Shown piece after piece: positions 14,319 to 27,299 of a DNA stretch of 64,000 nucleotides. The stretch's first letter is position 1; every line of letters begins with the position of its first letter. This stretch comes from Eledone cirrhosa (taxonomy: Eukaryota), in NCBI GenBank assembly GCA_964016885.1, contig OZ024741.1:119722001-119786000 (forward strand), written 5' to 3'. The notes beneath the pieces were generated by a model that saw nothing but the letters and a program-made list of their open reading frames with translations, ran no database searches and was not told the DNA's origin. The position numbers and the translations under genes were made by a program.

Positions 14319-14884
14319 GATGTGCTCCGTTTGGTTTAAACAGGCCCAAGAAACGCCGTATGTTAATCTGTCACTCCTACGACACCACCAGGAGTTACGT
14401 GTCCATACATATATTAGTCAGAAACGGGTTAAACCATTCTGAGTATCATACAGTCGTTTTTTCAAAAGAATCAACATAATTTACATTTAAAGTTAACATA
14501 ATCATCAGTGTTAGCTGGAATCTTTATATGAGGTAACTGTTATTTTTATATTAAACAGTTGCAAACAGGAATGGAATTTCCCTTGTATTTTTTATGACAC
14601 GCCCAATGAAACGTATTTTTTTATGACACACCCAATAAAACTTATATAAATTATTATATAAGAAAGAATTGAGTTCCAAATAAAGGCGACACTTTGAAAT
14701 TTAAACTTACACGACTGTCCTTCCTTTTTTTTTGTTTTATTTTCCGTTTGTATTTGACGTCTTTAGATTGGAATTACGCGTTCTTTAACCGTTGGAAAGA
14801 ACGTTCACCATTAGCTAAAAGAGAGTCTGTCTAGCACCAGATGTATGTTTACTTAAGAAGTGAGTGTAATACTTTTCAATTGCA

Positions 14885-16298
14885 TATCTATCTATCTCAC
14901 CCATATTTTATAAAGCACACTAGACGGCATCATCTTTTCTAACCTCACCTTTCTCTTAAAGTATAATTTGAAGAAGTTGAGGAGGGCTTGGTCGGAGAGG
15001 AAAATTCTTTTTAGACGAGTCCACCAGATAGCTTCTGTCACCAAAACTACCAAGCAGAGGAAAACTTGCCGCGCCTCCTTGCTGTAAGACGGCTCAATTT
15101 TCACTATAGATTCGGCTGATTGCCAGATCAATCCTACACGTAATAGCAGTGGTTCAACACAACTATCGTGCCTGTAGAGTTTGTCTCAAACTGGAACTGC
15201 CTCACTGTAGCACGTATTTCCTTCAGAAGAGTCTGTTCAGACTGTTGTCGTCAATGCCTAGAGCTGCTCACAGGCCACCATCGCTCATACCTACCACAAA
15301 TTCTCTATAGAAAAACAAGTATTCTTGTCTGGTCACCTGTCGTGTTGTTCAGCTGGTAAAGTGACGGGAGTATTTGACAACACTCTAGATGCCAGTCGCC
15401 CACAAATGCAGCTCGGCCAAGAAGACAAGTTGCGGGTAAATATGTCGCAGGAAAGGCAGTTGGGCATCACTTTCATTGCCATCGTTGTTGCAGTACTTGA
15501 GGTAGTTCCACATGTGTATTAGTCGTAGCGCGTATTTGCGCATCAATAGCGATGCTATCCTGAGGCCACCATGGAGTGAATGGTGGTAGCAGATGGATTT
15601 TCAGACAAGCGGAACTTGTCCCTTCCACAAAATAGTGGAAGAGCATGTGTTTCAATCTGGTCAGATAATTCTGGGAGTATGGTATGACGGAAAAGCGGTA
15701 GTATACCACCGTAGCAAGGAAGGTGTTTGCCATCTCTGTCCAACATTTGGGGACAACTTGCTCTCTGTCCATTTCTATCCATTCTTCCAGAGATTGACTT
15801 CCTTTTTTGTGACTTTCTCCCAGTTCTTGTCTATCTGGTGGCTCGGTCCAAACCAGACTCCAAGCACTTTGATAGGCTATCATCCAGCGGCAGAGATTTC
15901 CGCAGGATGGCATGGTCCTGTCTCTCCACGTACCAAATTTAAAACCTTCTGATTCGTCCTGGTTATTCTTCCAGTATGGTGTCCACTGCTTCTATATGTA
16001 AAGTGTCCGACACCATGACCGTAACGCCATCTGCATACGCAGACACGGCTTTTCTGTGGCCAAGTTCTAGCGGAATTCCTCTCAAGGTTTCCATTCTCAA
16101 CAGCAGAAGCTCCAAAGCCAACACACAGGAGAGAGGGGACATCTCTGATGGTCCGAGCGTTCGATATGGAAATGTTCTGATAAAAAAACCTTTCAATTTG
16201 ACTATCGAACTGGTGTAAAACATGGCGATCCAACTTCTGAAAATGTGGCCGAAAGCAGCTGCTCTTAAGACAGCCTCCTGGTAGCGATGGCCTACACT
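14885..16298 (-). pseudogene. Decayed, 5'-truncated Tx1-type LINE ORF2
   Basis: HRYQEAVLRAAAFG, VSAYADGVTV and LFKRKVRLEK remnants homologous to 56768-60187. Confidence 0.85.
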
Positions 16299-16299
16299 G

Positions 16300-16345
<46 letters not shown>

Positions 16346-16352
<7 letters not shown>

Positions 16353-16900
16353 AGTTAATATGCCCATGGGTACTAAGTACCCCTGGAAATACATAGGTTG
16401 TCTATGATTCAGGGTGGTTCAATGGTATTAATTTGACATACCAGAACTATAATATTAAGATAAGCAGAACAAGTAAAATTCAACCAATTTTTCAAAATAA
16501 ATTAAAAAATATAATTTAAATATTTACCTATCAAGTTTGCCCTTACTGATCAGTTTCGCTTTGTAAAACATTAGAAATCCATTGGATTTCCAATGGAAAA
16601 TCAAAGTTCATCAGAGAAGCATTTTCCTTTCCTAGGACTAAAGTCCCAGGAACGATAAAATATATCGCCATCCGCCAGCTAGCACAGATCTAAATGAGGT
16701 CGAAAAGTGACCCGTACGTGAACCAGTCCGAAATAAGAGCGGGAAAAAACATAGACGTGCTGTCTATCCTACTACTAAAAATAGCAGCTAAATAGAACAA
16801 CAGATTTGTTCTCTACATAACGGAGAATATTAAAAGAAGTTAATATGCCCATGCGTACTAAGTACCCCTGGAAATACATAGGTTGTCTATGATTCAGGGT
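16346..16900 (-). mobile_element. Small non-coding HHR element with 70-bp terminal redundancy, inserted in (TA)n
   Basis: 16346-16415 matches 16831-16900 (1 mismatch, period 485); (TA)n on both sides. Confidence 0.8.
16538..16621 (-). ncRNA. Type I hammerhead ribozyme
   Basis: Minus strand: tgcttct-CTGATGA-a-ctttg...ccattgg aaat ccaatgg...caaag-c-GAAA-CTGATCAG-TA-agggca. Confidence 0.85.
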
Positions 16901-16940
<40 letters not shown>

Positions 16941-17129
16941 ACGGACGCACATGATAACTTAATTTGAAAAACCATGAAATCATGCTAACGAATGATTTCC
17001 ATACAAAAATAAATTAAAATCTAAGGATAGAAGCAAATATATATAGAATCTAATAAAAAAAAAGTTTACTCCTGTATTTTTATTTTTATTTTTGGAGAAA
17101 ATTCCTTTTCTTTCGACATACTAAAATAA

Positions 17130-17420
17130 TTATGGGACACGTTCTCCGTTTCCAAAGTTGTTGCTTTGGCTACATACTCGGACATTACTGCCCGTAAAGA
17201 AGAGGAGAGTAGGATACTCAAATAATGGGCTTTTATCGATCGCGTCCTGGTCGTGCCGGTCTCCATCGAAACCTCCAGTGTTCACGATCTCCGGATTACA
17301 GTTTTCTTCCGCAAGATCGGAAGGTGTGCTTCCCGCCTAAGGAAAGAGCCCCGTGAGGTGGAATGATCAATGCAGCGGGTATTGCTGGCTGTTCTCCGCG
17401 GTAATAATTTCGCCACTTTG
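17130..17420 (+). pseudogene. CRE-like RLE C-terminal fragment
   Basis: Reads DTFSVSKVVA...VPVSIETS...RVLLAVLRGN, matching DSFASS...VAFETFG...RISLAITRG at 35.2-35.5 kb. Confidence 0.55.
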
Positions 17421-17564
17421 TATGTGAAGCAGAGCTGAGATGTACCGACCAGCGAAGGATGCGCAGTTTTCCCCCCACCTTTCCACTTCCACTTTTCATT
17501 ATTTAATTCCTATTTTCTTTTTCTGATTATTATTTTATTTCTTTTAAAGAGCGATCGATTAGCT

Positions 17565-17740
17565 GTGTAGGTAGAGCGTCGGAAAACATACTTTGCGGCA
17601 TATAGTTACGTCCCTTTTCGTTCTGAGTTCAAATTCCACCGAGGTTAGCTTTGCCTTTCATCCTTACGGGATCGATAAAATAAGGTAAGGCAATGGGGTC
17701 GATTTAACTGACTTTCCCTTCCTCCAATATTGTTGGCCTT
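17565..17740 (+). mobile_element. SINE-like repeat (related pieces near 14.1, 21.0, 22.2 and 32.9 kb)
   Basis: B-box-like gagttcaaattcc followed by ctttgcctttcatcc...gataaaataag; recurring related segments. Confidence 0.55.
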
Positions 17741-17759
17741 TAGGTGTTGACATTAGGTG

Positions 17760-18965
17760 AACATGAAATTACAAGTTATATTCTTCAAAATATGACCTTT
17801 GGTAAGTCACTTAGTGGTTCAAACTTTTTTCCATTGATCGTAACAGTACCGGAGGTCATTTTCTATGAGTGACCTTAGTTTGTCGATTACAATTTATATA
17901 TATATATTTTCCACCGTCCCAAAATGATGACGTTTCAGCTTCGATTTCAACTTATAGAAGAGGTAGAAGTCACACAGAGCTAGATCTGGGCTGTAGGGAG
18001 GATGTGGAAGAGTAGGAATGTTTTTCTAATTGAAAGTGCTGTATGAGCAGGCGCGTTATCGTGGTGCTGTACCCAACCTCCTGCAATGTCCCTTCGGACT
18101 TGCTGAACCCGTTTTCGAAGCCGTTCCAAGACATTTTTATAGAAAGCGTGATTAAATGTCTGTTCTGCAGGTAAACATTCTTTGTGAATAATACCATGGC
18201 TGTCGAAAAAAATGATAAACATCGTTTTAGCCCTGGATCTACTCATGTGTGTTTTCTTCGGATGAGGAGAAATTCTCGTCTGCCGCTCCTCATTTCGCCA
18301 TTTTGTCTCTGGATCGTACTCTAACACCCATGATTCATTTCCTGTTATTACTTTATCCAAGAAATTTGACTCAATTTCGAATCTTTCTACCAAATCCTGT
18401 CAACTTACCAACCGGTTCGCTTTTTGCTCCACAGTTAATTGTTTGGGCACTAGTTTTGCACAAATGTTTTCCATGTGCAAATGGTCTGTTAAAATTCTGT
18501 GAACTGCATTTTTATTCAAGCCTGTTTCTTCTGCAATCATCCAAACACTTACTCGGCAATCTTTCGTCATCACCGCTCGCACCACTTCCACATTTTGTTC
18601 ATTTTCTTATGAGATTGGCCTTCCAGAACGAGGTTCGTCTTTAACATTTTCTAGGTTTTGTGCCACTTAAAAACCGTACTTCTCGATAGAGTAGCATCTC
18701 CACAAGCTTATATTAAAGAATTAAATGTTTCGGTGGCAGATTTGTTGAGTTTCACACAAAATTTGATCGAGTACCTTTGTTCAATATTTTCCCGCGTCAC
18801 AAACGCAACAGAGATCATAAATACGTCTGAACATAAACAACAATAACTCACATGACTCAGTTGATCCTGTTGAAGCAATATGTACGTGCAGCCAAGGTCT
18901 TTTTACATTAACCATGTCGTACATAGGAAAACCAGTACTCTTACTTTTGGGATAAACATCGTATA
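17760..18965 (-). mobile_element. Decayed mariner transposon
   Basis: VITGNESWVLEYDPETK, IIFFDSHGIIH, HHDNAPAHT; HTH fragment at 18400-18591; frameshifts. Confidence 0.85.
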
Positions 18966-19689
18966 TAATTTTCAGTCATTATCTGCCTCCACCACCAGTA
19001 TGGTAATGACGTCTACAAGCTAGTGCTAATTGGTCTTATCCCGTGCCACTCTCATTCAATAAAGCACTCATAAATCTATCATCTTCCTATGTTGACTTCT
19101 GTCTTTCTCGACTACGTAAACCTGTCGTCCTTGGTCTCCATTCTCTACTTGGGTGCGAAATTGTGGCCCACAACTTGGACCCCCCCCCCACACGCATATA
19201 TATATATACATACATACATATGAGAATGGTCCTCAATTTCTACCTGTTGTCATTTGTTTGTGCCACATGCTCTTCTCATTTCCCTTTTCTCTCCTTAATA
19301 TGCTTTATGATATCAACTGCACTTATTTGCCCTCTTCTCTATTTATAAGTGTTCCTCTTTTTTTTACTAATACTTAGCATGTATCTTCTCACATTTCTTA
19401 TTTTTCTTCTACAGACAAACAAATATTTAAAAACATGTAGCTAAATAAATGTTATGTCTATGATAATTTCGTTTTTATCTAATTAGAAATTTGTATAATT
19501 CTATCATGTGGAAAGACAGTGATATCAGTATAAGAGAACGTTTGTCTAGCTAGAACATAAACAGAAATGTAGACAACATTTAGTTTAATCCTATTTATTC
19601 ATTAGCACAATACAAATAACTATACAAGAATTTATATCAGTTTTATTTTGATAAAAATGAGATAGAGGAATGATTTTATTTGAACAGAC

Positions 19690-19950
19690 GTTTATAGCAC
19701 AAAACCTAAAACTCTGACGCATTCGTCATGTACTGACCAATATACCGCCTGAGTTCCCGATGAAGTCAATCGAGGATATACCCAGACGATAACAAATACT
19801 GGTGGACAACGCCTATGTAGAATTTTAGCACTGTATTGTACCTCTACCATTATACTGTTCAAAATAAAACATGTTTTGTGGAAATCAACCAATAATTAAT
19901 AAAGTTCTTAAAAATATTAAATAGGAAGTTTCCTTCCACCCCACCCTTTA
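19690..19950 (+). mobile_element. Partial copy of the Tc1/mariner-derived element at 31.7-32.2 kb
   Basis: Homologous to 31929-32203. Confidence 0.7.
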
Positions 19951-20100
19951 CAATAAGGAAAGTATTAAATACATTTTAAATAATTGTTTCTACTTTTTGG
20001 TACAAGGCCAGTAATTTAAGGGGAAGAAGAAAGTCCCTTGCGATTTGAACGAGAACCGTTGAATAGCTCGAAAAAGAAATTTGGACTTTTCTTTTACATA

Positions 20101-20440
20101 TGTAGCGGTTGTCTCCCTTGTTGTGACTCACAACCCCAATAGATTAACAACATCTAGACGGGAAGTAGAACCCTTTCTGTAACTTCCGGCAGAGCCCTAT
20201 AAAACGAATAGCCTTCGGCTCTCTCCCTCTCATTTGCCCTTCCGGCGCCTGGCCTTCGCCAGGCGTCTCGCGTTTGCCTGGCAATCAAAACGGTAACTAC
20301 TAACTTTGCTTCATTCTATCATCTATTACTTTGACATGTCAACTATACTGTTCTATATATATCCATGATTATTAATTAAATATTATACACACAAACCATG
20401 TCTCCTTGTTACATTCATACAACCCAGTATCTTCGCTATA
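20101..20440 (+). mobile_element. Solo LTR related to the 9662-11999 element
   Basis: TGTAGC...CTATA termini; CATA TSD at 20097-100 and 20441-44; diverged homology to the LTR reverse complement. Confidence 0.8.
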
Positions 20441-22079
20441 CATAAATACAAATTATATATCGAGTAATAGTTCCTGATTTAGGCACAAGGCCGACAATTT
20501 GGGGGTAGGAGAAAATTCTTTAAATCAACCCCAGTGCGTTACTGGTACTATTCCATTGTCAGCCTAGTACCTAAATCAGAAACCATTATTCAATATATAA
20601 TTTGCATTTATAATAAAAATAAGTCCAACTTTCTTTTTAGAGCTATTCAACGGATCCGTTCAAATCGCAAGGGAACATATATACGTAAGCAACAATAAAA
20701 TATTTTAAAACCATTTTTATATTTAACAAAACTGTTCTTACACGACACCGTGTGAAAAGCAACACAAAGTTTGAAATGTCTCTATAAACAATGAAATAAA
20801 CAAAGTGCGAAACACCGTCTCCACCCAAATAAATACTGTATACATTAGATATTCCCACCAGTTGCTGCTCCCATTACAACAATTTTGATTTGTCAACTAT
20901 TGTTACTTAGCAACAAGCTGACCTTAACCGCCATGACTTTTTTTTACTTATGCATAGCGTACCTCAGATCTACAAGTGTTTTTAACAGAGAGAATATGTT
21001 GTTTGATGTGTTGAATCGGCCGAATCGTTAGAACGTCGAATAGAATGCTATGCGGTATTTGTCAACGTTTTATCGTTTCAAAGTCGATAAAAAAAGTAGC
21101 AATCCAGTACTGTGTTCGATTCTTCCACTATATCTTCTACCTTCCTCTCTCATATACGCACTCTCTTACCTTCTCTGTAAGAAATCAGTTGTGTTCAGCT
21201 CTGTAGAGGGAATGTGCTTCGCTAAGTTTAAAATGTCCAAGACAGGTCGTGTGTCTTAAAGGCGTCATTAGAACTCCATCAGGAGTTACGGGTCTATAGG
21301 TAAATACAATGTGTGGTGTAAAGGTGACTTAGCTTCTATTTTTTTCTTTTGCAGATTGAGCGAACACAAAGGGTTGTTCGGATTTACAAGTATTTTATGT
21401 GAGAGCTAATCGTAATAGGGTCGGGCTACCAGCCAAGGAATAGTGACTGTGAATTGTTTATGGCCAAGATAGTGCCGGTTTAACCTAGTAGCAAAAGTAG
21501 CATTTACTAAGCACCCAGTATTTTCAAAGGCCCCGAGCTAAGTACGTTATACAGCAGCACTATACTACCTTTAACATTAAAAAATAAACAAGCAAATAGA
21601 CACCACTATATAGTATATGCTACATATCCCTATTAATCTAACCCGGCACCGGGCCAAGATATTTGACTTTTATTACTTTAGTGACAGCCAGTTGTAAACA
21701 GACCGTAATTACATACAATTTGAGATTAAACAATTTTATAAGAGCACAATTCTGGCAAATAGTCGACGTACTGGCAGTCGTTAGAATGTTGGATGGAATG
21801 CTTTGAGGCATTCGATCATTCGATCATTTCATGAATAGACCCTTAACTTCTCGTGGAATCGTATGGGCACCCTAATAACATACAGCATGTCTTGGGCATT
21901 TAAAAACCTTTCAGAATCCATCTCTCTCCGTGTCTAAACACAACTGATTTCTTCCAGAAAAAAAGGGAGCGAGAGAAAGAGATAAAGAAAGTGGGAAAGA
22001 GAGAAGCAGAGAGGAAAAATCTTCCCCAGTACTAGACTAAGACCTCTTATATTAACCACGAAAAAATGAAAAGTAAATT

Positions 22080-22186
22080 TTTTACATCAGCGGAATTTAA
22101 ATTCGGAAAGCAGAGAGTTGGATGGAATGCTTTGAGGCATTCGATCCAACTCTCTGCATTTCGAATTTAAATTCCGCTGATGTAAA
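22080..22186. repeat. Near-perfect palindrome with ~52-bp arms
   Basis: ttttacatcagcggaatttaaattcg...cgaatttaaattccgctgatgtaaaa, ~4 mismatches. Confidence 0.9.
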
Positions 22187-23417
22187 ATTTCAATCGGACC
22201 CAGTATTGAACTGGCAATTTATTCATCAACTACGACAGGATGAAAAGCAAAGTTAACCACGACGCGGTTTAGATTCAGAGCGCAGAGTGCAGGAACAAAT
22301 ACTGCAAAACATTCTATCCGACGTTCTAACAACTCTGCCATTTTGCTATCAATCTAGCATTGCAGATATACAAACATTTGAAATTTTGTTCCGCCATCAT
22401 AACCCTTGAGTATAACAATTTTGACAAAGTCGCACGTCCGATTGATTATCAAACGTTATAGAAATTACGAGCTAACAAAAACAAATAACTAACCAGATGA
22501 GTGATTAGGATAGAAAAAGTGAAAATAATGAAATAATACATTAAAAAGATAAATAAATAAATACATCATAGCGTCTAATTCACAGAAATTTGGTTGAATA
22601 AAGAAATTTAGGGTTTAATAAAATATATCTGAAAGTACATATGGCAAGTTTGAAAGACAAATGGAAACATTGATTCCTTGGTCCGAGCTGACGAGTTCCA
22701 CTTCACTCGGTAAGCGAATGAGGTCAGGGATCTTGTCGATTCGGATCAATAAAGAATTAATATAATTGGTTGACAAAGAGGATATCATTAGTATAATTAT
22801 TTGGTCTTTGCATTAGGAGAGTGGGTGTCAATAATTAATACATATGGGAACCCTATATTAAAACACTAGTACACACACACGTATATATATGTGTATATAT
22901 ATATTAGAAAAGGGAAGTGAGGTTCTATACAAAACAGTAGATATAGAGAAAAGATAAAGTTGGAAATAGCACGGGAGATATATTTAAGGGTCTGTTTTTC
23001 TGTTTTGATTCGTCAAAGTGACATTATTGAAAAGATAGTGTTATGAAAAAAGATAATGTTATTAAAAAAAAAGAGAGGTACAATTCTTTTTTAAACATTT
23101 TTTTATGAAGTATATAAAGTATATGAGAAATTTTCGTATATACTTTATATAATCCCCCCCCCCCCAAAAGAATTGTCCCTCTCTTCTTTTTAATAACATT
23201 ATCTTTTTCGGGTTATAGCTACTGTCGCTCAGAGAGTGGAATTGGCTCAGTGCACAGTCTTTGCTCACTTTAAAAAATATCTACACGCACAGGCATTGCA
23301 CGATAAAATTAATTAATAATTATTAATAATGGTATATTGTGCAATGGCCATACTCGATAACGAGGGGTAGCCATCATCATCATGTATGTATGTATATATA
23401 TATATATATATATATAT

Positions 23418-26400
23418 AAGCAAAAGGGATATTCAATTTGTTGGTAATTCAACAAATATAAATGTTTATATAGCGTCTAAAAATAAAGTTTTTTTCAGCC
23501 CTATACCTCAACCACATTTGCATACTCATCTTAATAATTTGAAATATCTGACTTTTCTTCTCTTTTCCTTCACTATCCATGAAAAACTTGAACCGTTAAG
23601 TTATTCTTTCCTGGTATGTCAATATTTATAAAACAAACTTTGTATTTTATCTGATGAGAGCGTACCAAAGTTTTGGTACCCTTGAAATATATATAACAGA
23701 ATAAATATGGTTTTATAAATATAGTTTCCATTTATTTAATATCATTGAATATTATACTCCAGAAAACTTGTCGAGTGCTTTGAATCAGTTATAAACATTT
23801 ATAATTGTTGAATTACCAACAAATTGAATATCCCTTTCGCTTATAAATAGCTCCTTTAATGTTTGAACACTTTAAACTATAACTGATTGCAAAAATAATG
23901 GAATTCTTTAGGATTTCTTCGTCTCTAAAAGATGTACCCTTACCTAAAAATAAGGAATATCTAAAACAACTCATTAAAAAATCCGACTCCTTTATACGAA
24001 GACTTAGATGGCATGCTTTCCATTTTGATGAAAAATAGGAAGACAAAATAAATAAATCCAGTTACAACTTTGATCTTATCTTTAAATCTAAGAGAATCCA
24101 CCTAGCAACAAATTACTAGCCGAATTTGAAAATGAAGTAATCTCTATTATACAAAACATTAAATTTAAAAGAAACCAATTTGTCGGCCAGGAGTACCTTA
24201 AAGGCCTCAATAATAAAATAGACAATCTAGAAAAAACAAAGAAGATCCTGGTAAAATCTGACAAAACAAATAATTTATATGGTATGGAAAAGGACGAATA
24301 TAATAACCTTATACTGAAAGAACTCAGGAAAAACTACAAAATGACATCAAATGAAGATCTTTCAACGTTAAATAGAGAAGCTTCGGAAATTATTTATAAA
24401 TTAGGCATTCAAAATAGGACCGAACCCTTTATACCTAGAAAACCAAAGATTAACTTGAAGGATCACAAAAGAAATTTTGAAATTGAACTACCAGTCAGAC
24501 TCATTGCACCACCTAAATCTGACTTAGGCATAATTAGCTAGATAGAAATATACCACTACTTAAAGAAAAATCACACCTTAAACTATGGAACGGTACTAAT
24601 GAAGTTATAGATTGGTTTAATAACAAAATTAAAACATAAGAAAAAATTCATTCAAATGGATATTGCAAATTACTACTCCTCTATTACCCCTAGCTTACTT
24701 AATAAGGCACTTATCTACGCTTCTAAACACACTGACCTATCTAGTGAAGAAATGAATATAATTCTAACAGTACGTAAAACCCTAATAGAATTTAATAATC
24801 ATCTCTGGACAAGAGCCGACAGAAAAAACAATTTTGATATCACTATGTGATCATCTGACTCGGCGCAATTATTTATCAATAATGTACTGCATAGAAAAAT
24901 GCCAGAGATGACCGGAGGTTTATATCATGACGATATGTTGCTTTTAATTGAAAACCATAGCAATAGTGAAATTAATAGGAAAATGAAATCCATAATACAA
25001 TTTTTCAACAACTAATTTAGACCTTAATTTAGAAATCGAGAATAATTACAAAAATCATTAACTTCTTAGATGTAACCTTAGCTCAGGTCTTTACTATCCA
25101 TTCCATAAAATTAACGAAAATCTAAATTACGTAAGTTTCAATTATAATAATCCTAGAAATATAAAAAACACTATTGTCAATAGCATCCAGCAACGGATTT
25201 CACGCATCTCTGCTAATAAAAATATTTTTGATGATAAGGCAGAATATTACAATGAGGCTTTACATAGAGCAGGATACTCGAATAAAATTAAATACATAGA
25301 TAACAATAACATGACACACCATCCTAGAATTCATTATAATAATAATAAACAATTTAACTTAAATACTAAACCAAACAAAAAAACTAGAACTAGAAATATT
25401 ATTTGGTACTCTCCCCCATTCTCATTAAGCGTTAAAACACCTTTAGCAAAACTATTTTTTAAAGCACTAGATAAGTATTTTCCTAAAGCCCACAGATAAG
25501 ATACCACTCTATTTTTAACAGACACACTATAAAACTATCCTACTCTACTACTATGAACATAGCACAAAATATAAATAGAATTAATAATAGAAACTTAAAT
25601 TTAAACCCTAACCAAACAAATCAAGATAGCAATAATAATATTTCTAACAACAATATTCATAATAACAGTACCGTTCCTAATAACAACAACCCCAGAAAAT
25701 GTAACTGTAGAATTAAATCAAACTGCCCTTTACAAAATAATTGCTTAGACAAAAATGTAATTTATAAATGCACAGTTAAAACTAGAGACAAAATATTTAA
25801 CTATATTGTTGCCACTTCTACAAAATTCAAAGAACGCTGGTACAGCCATAAACATACATTTAATAGGTCCGATAAAAAATCTTCCACTTCACTTTCACAT
25901 TTAATTTGGAATTTAAAAGACAACAATATAGACTATTCAGTATCCTGGGGAACGATTTCGAAAGCACCTGCATACCGAAATACGACTAAAATAATATATA
26001 ATTGAAACTCTCATCCTTGAAAAATTAATCTCACACAAAATAATATATAATTTTCGCTATATATTTTCCGAGTAAATCATTCATCAATTTTAACGGTTAG
26101 CAAACAAGATTGGAGTTATCTTTTCCTTTTCCTTTTCAATCGAGCAAACATAAACATTATAATATGTATAATAAACTATATAACTTCGCTAAATTAACAA
26201 TATTCTGAAAACATTTTCAATGTTATGTGATTCTGCAAATTGTTCTCCTCTTACAACTTGAACTACGTGTTTTTTTATGTAAAATGCAAAATCAACATCC
26301 TTCGTAACTCATATGAGAAATGTAAACAACTAATAATTGTGATTTATTTCTATTTCTATAAAATCACCAATAATACTTATACATGCATAATTATTAATCT

Positions 26401-26902
26401 ATATAGATATTTATATACTTACAACCTGTTGTACTGTAATAAGATAAAATGTACGTACAACCATAATTCTTCATATAATCTAATTGATTATATATACAAT
26501 ATTATAACTCATAATATAGCTAAATAATTTTTAAAATTCTGGAATCATATTCCACCATTCCTACAAATTGTTAATTCTTTTTAAATTAACGTAAATACAA
26601 GCTCTTCTTTCTTTCTTTTTCTTCTTCCTATACATATATCTTAATTATTTAAATCTACATAGCGTCTAAAAATAAGGTTTTTTTCAGCCCTATACCTCAA
26701 CCTCATTTGCATACGCATCTTAATAATTTGAAATATCTGACTTTTCTTCTCTTTTCCTTCATTATCCAGGAAAAACTTGAACCGTTAAGTTATTCTTTCC
26801 TGGTATGTCAATATTTATAAAACAAACTTTGTATTTTATCTGATGAGGGCGTACCAAAGTTTTGGTTATAATAGAATAAATATGGTTTTATAAATATAGT
26901 TT
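23418..26902 (+). mobile_element. Near full-length decayed Penelope-like element, family A
   Basis: pLTRs at 23470-23842 and 26660-26902; RT remnants (LKDHK, PVRLI, DIANYYSSI, YHDDML); GIY-YIG at 25553-26005; starts in (TA)n with an inverted tail. Confidence 0.9.
23643..23703 (+). ncRNA. Type I hammerhead ribozyme in 5' pLTR
   Basis: CTGATGA-g-agcgtaccaa/ttggtaccct-t-GAAA-tatata-TA; the 3' pLTR copy at 26832 has lost GAAA. Confidence 0.75.
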
Positions 26903-27299
26903 CGTCCGACCCTCTACCAATACTGCCAATCCACCGCCCTAATATTCACATACCCTCATTTTCACATACATGTTCATTCAGAGAAGAAAGTTAATATCTC
27001 TGTCCATCCTTCTCTACTAATGGCTTGGTTGTGACTGGAGGGGAGATGAGAAGAAGAAGAAGGAGGGAGAGGAAGCAGGGGATGGCTGTTGTGGCAGTAG
27101 ACTGCTGTGTGAGACCCTTTGAATAGTGGATACAAGGTTTGGCTCGGATTGGTTTGAAAGGCCGGGTGACCTTAGAGTTGATCGTTGGGGTGTTAACTCA
27201 TTCCATCCCTAGCAGATATTTCAGCGGGGGAGGGGTTGATTGTTTCTAAAAACATCTATCTTGGTATTTTTTCTAAGAAGAAATCATCAATATTGACCT

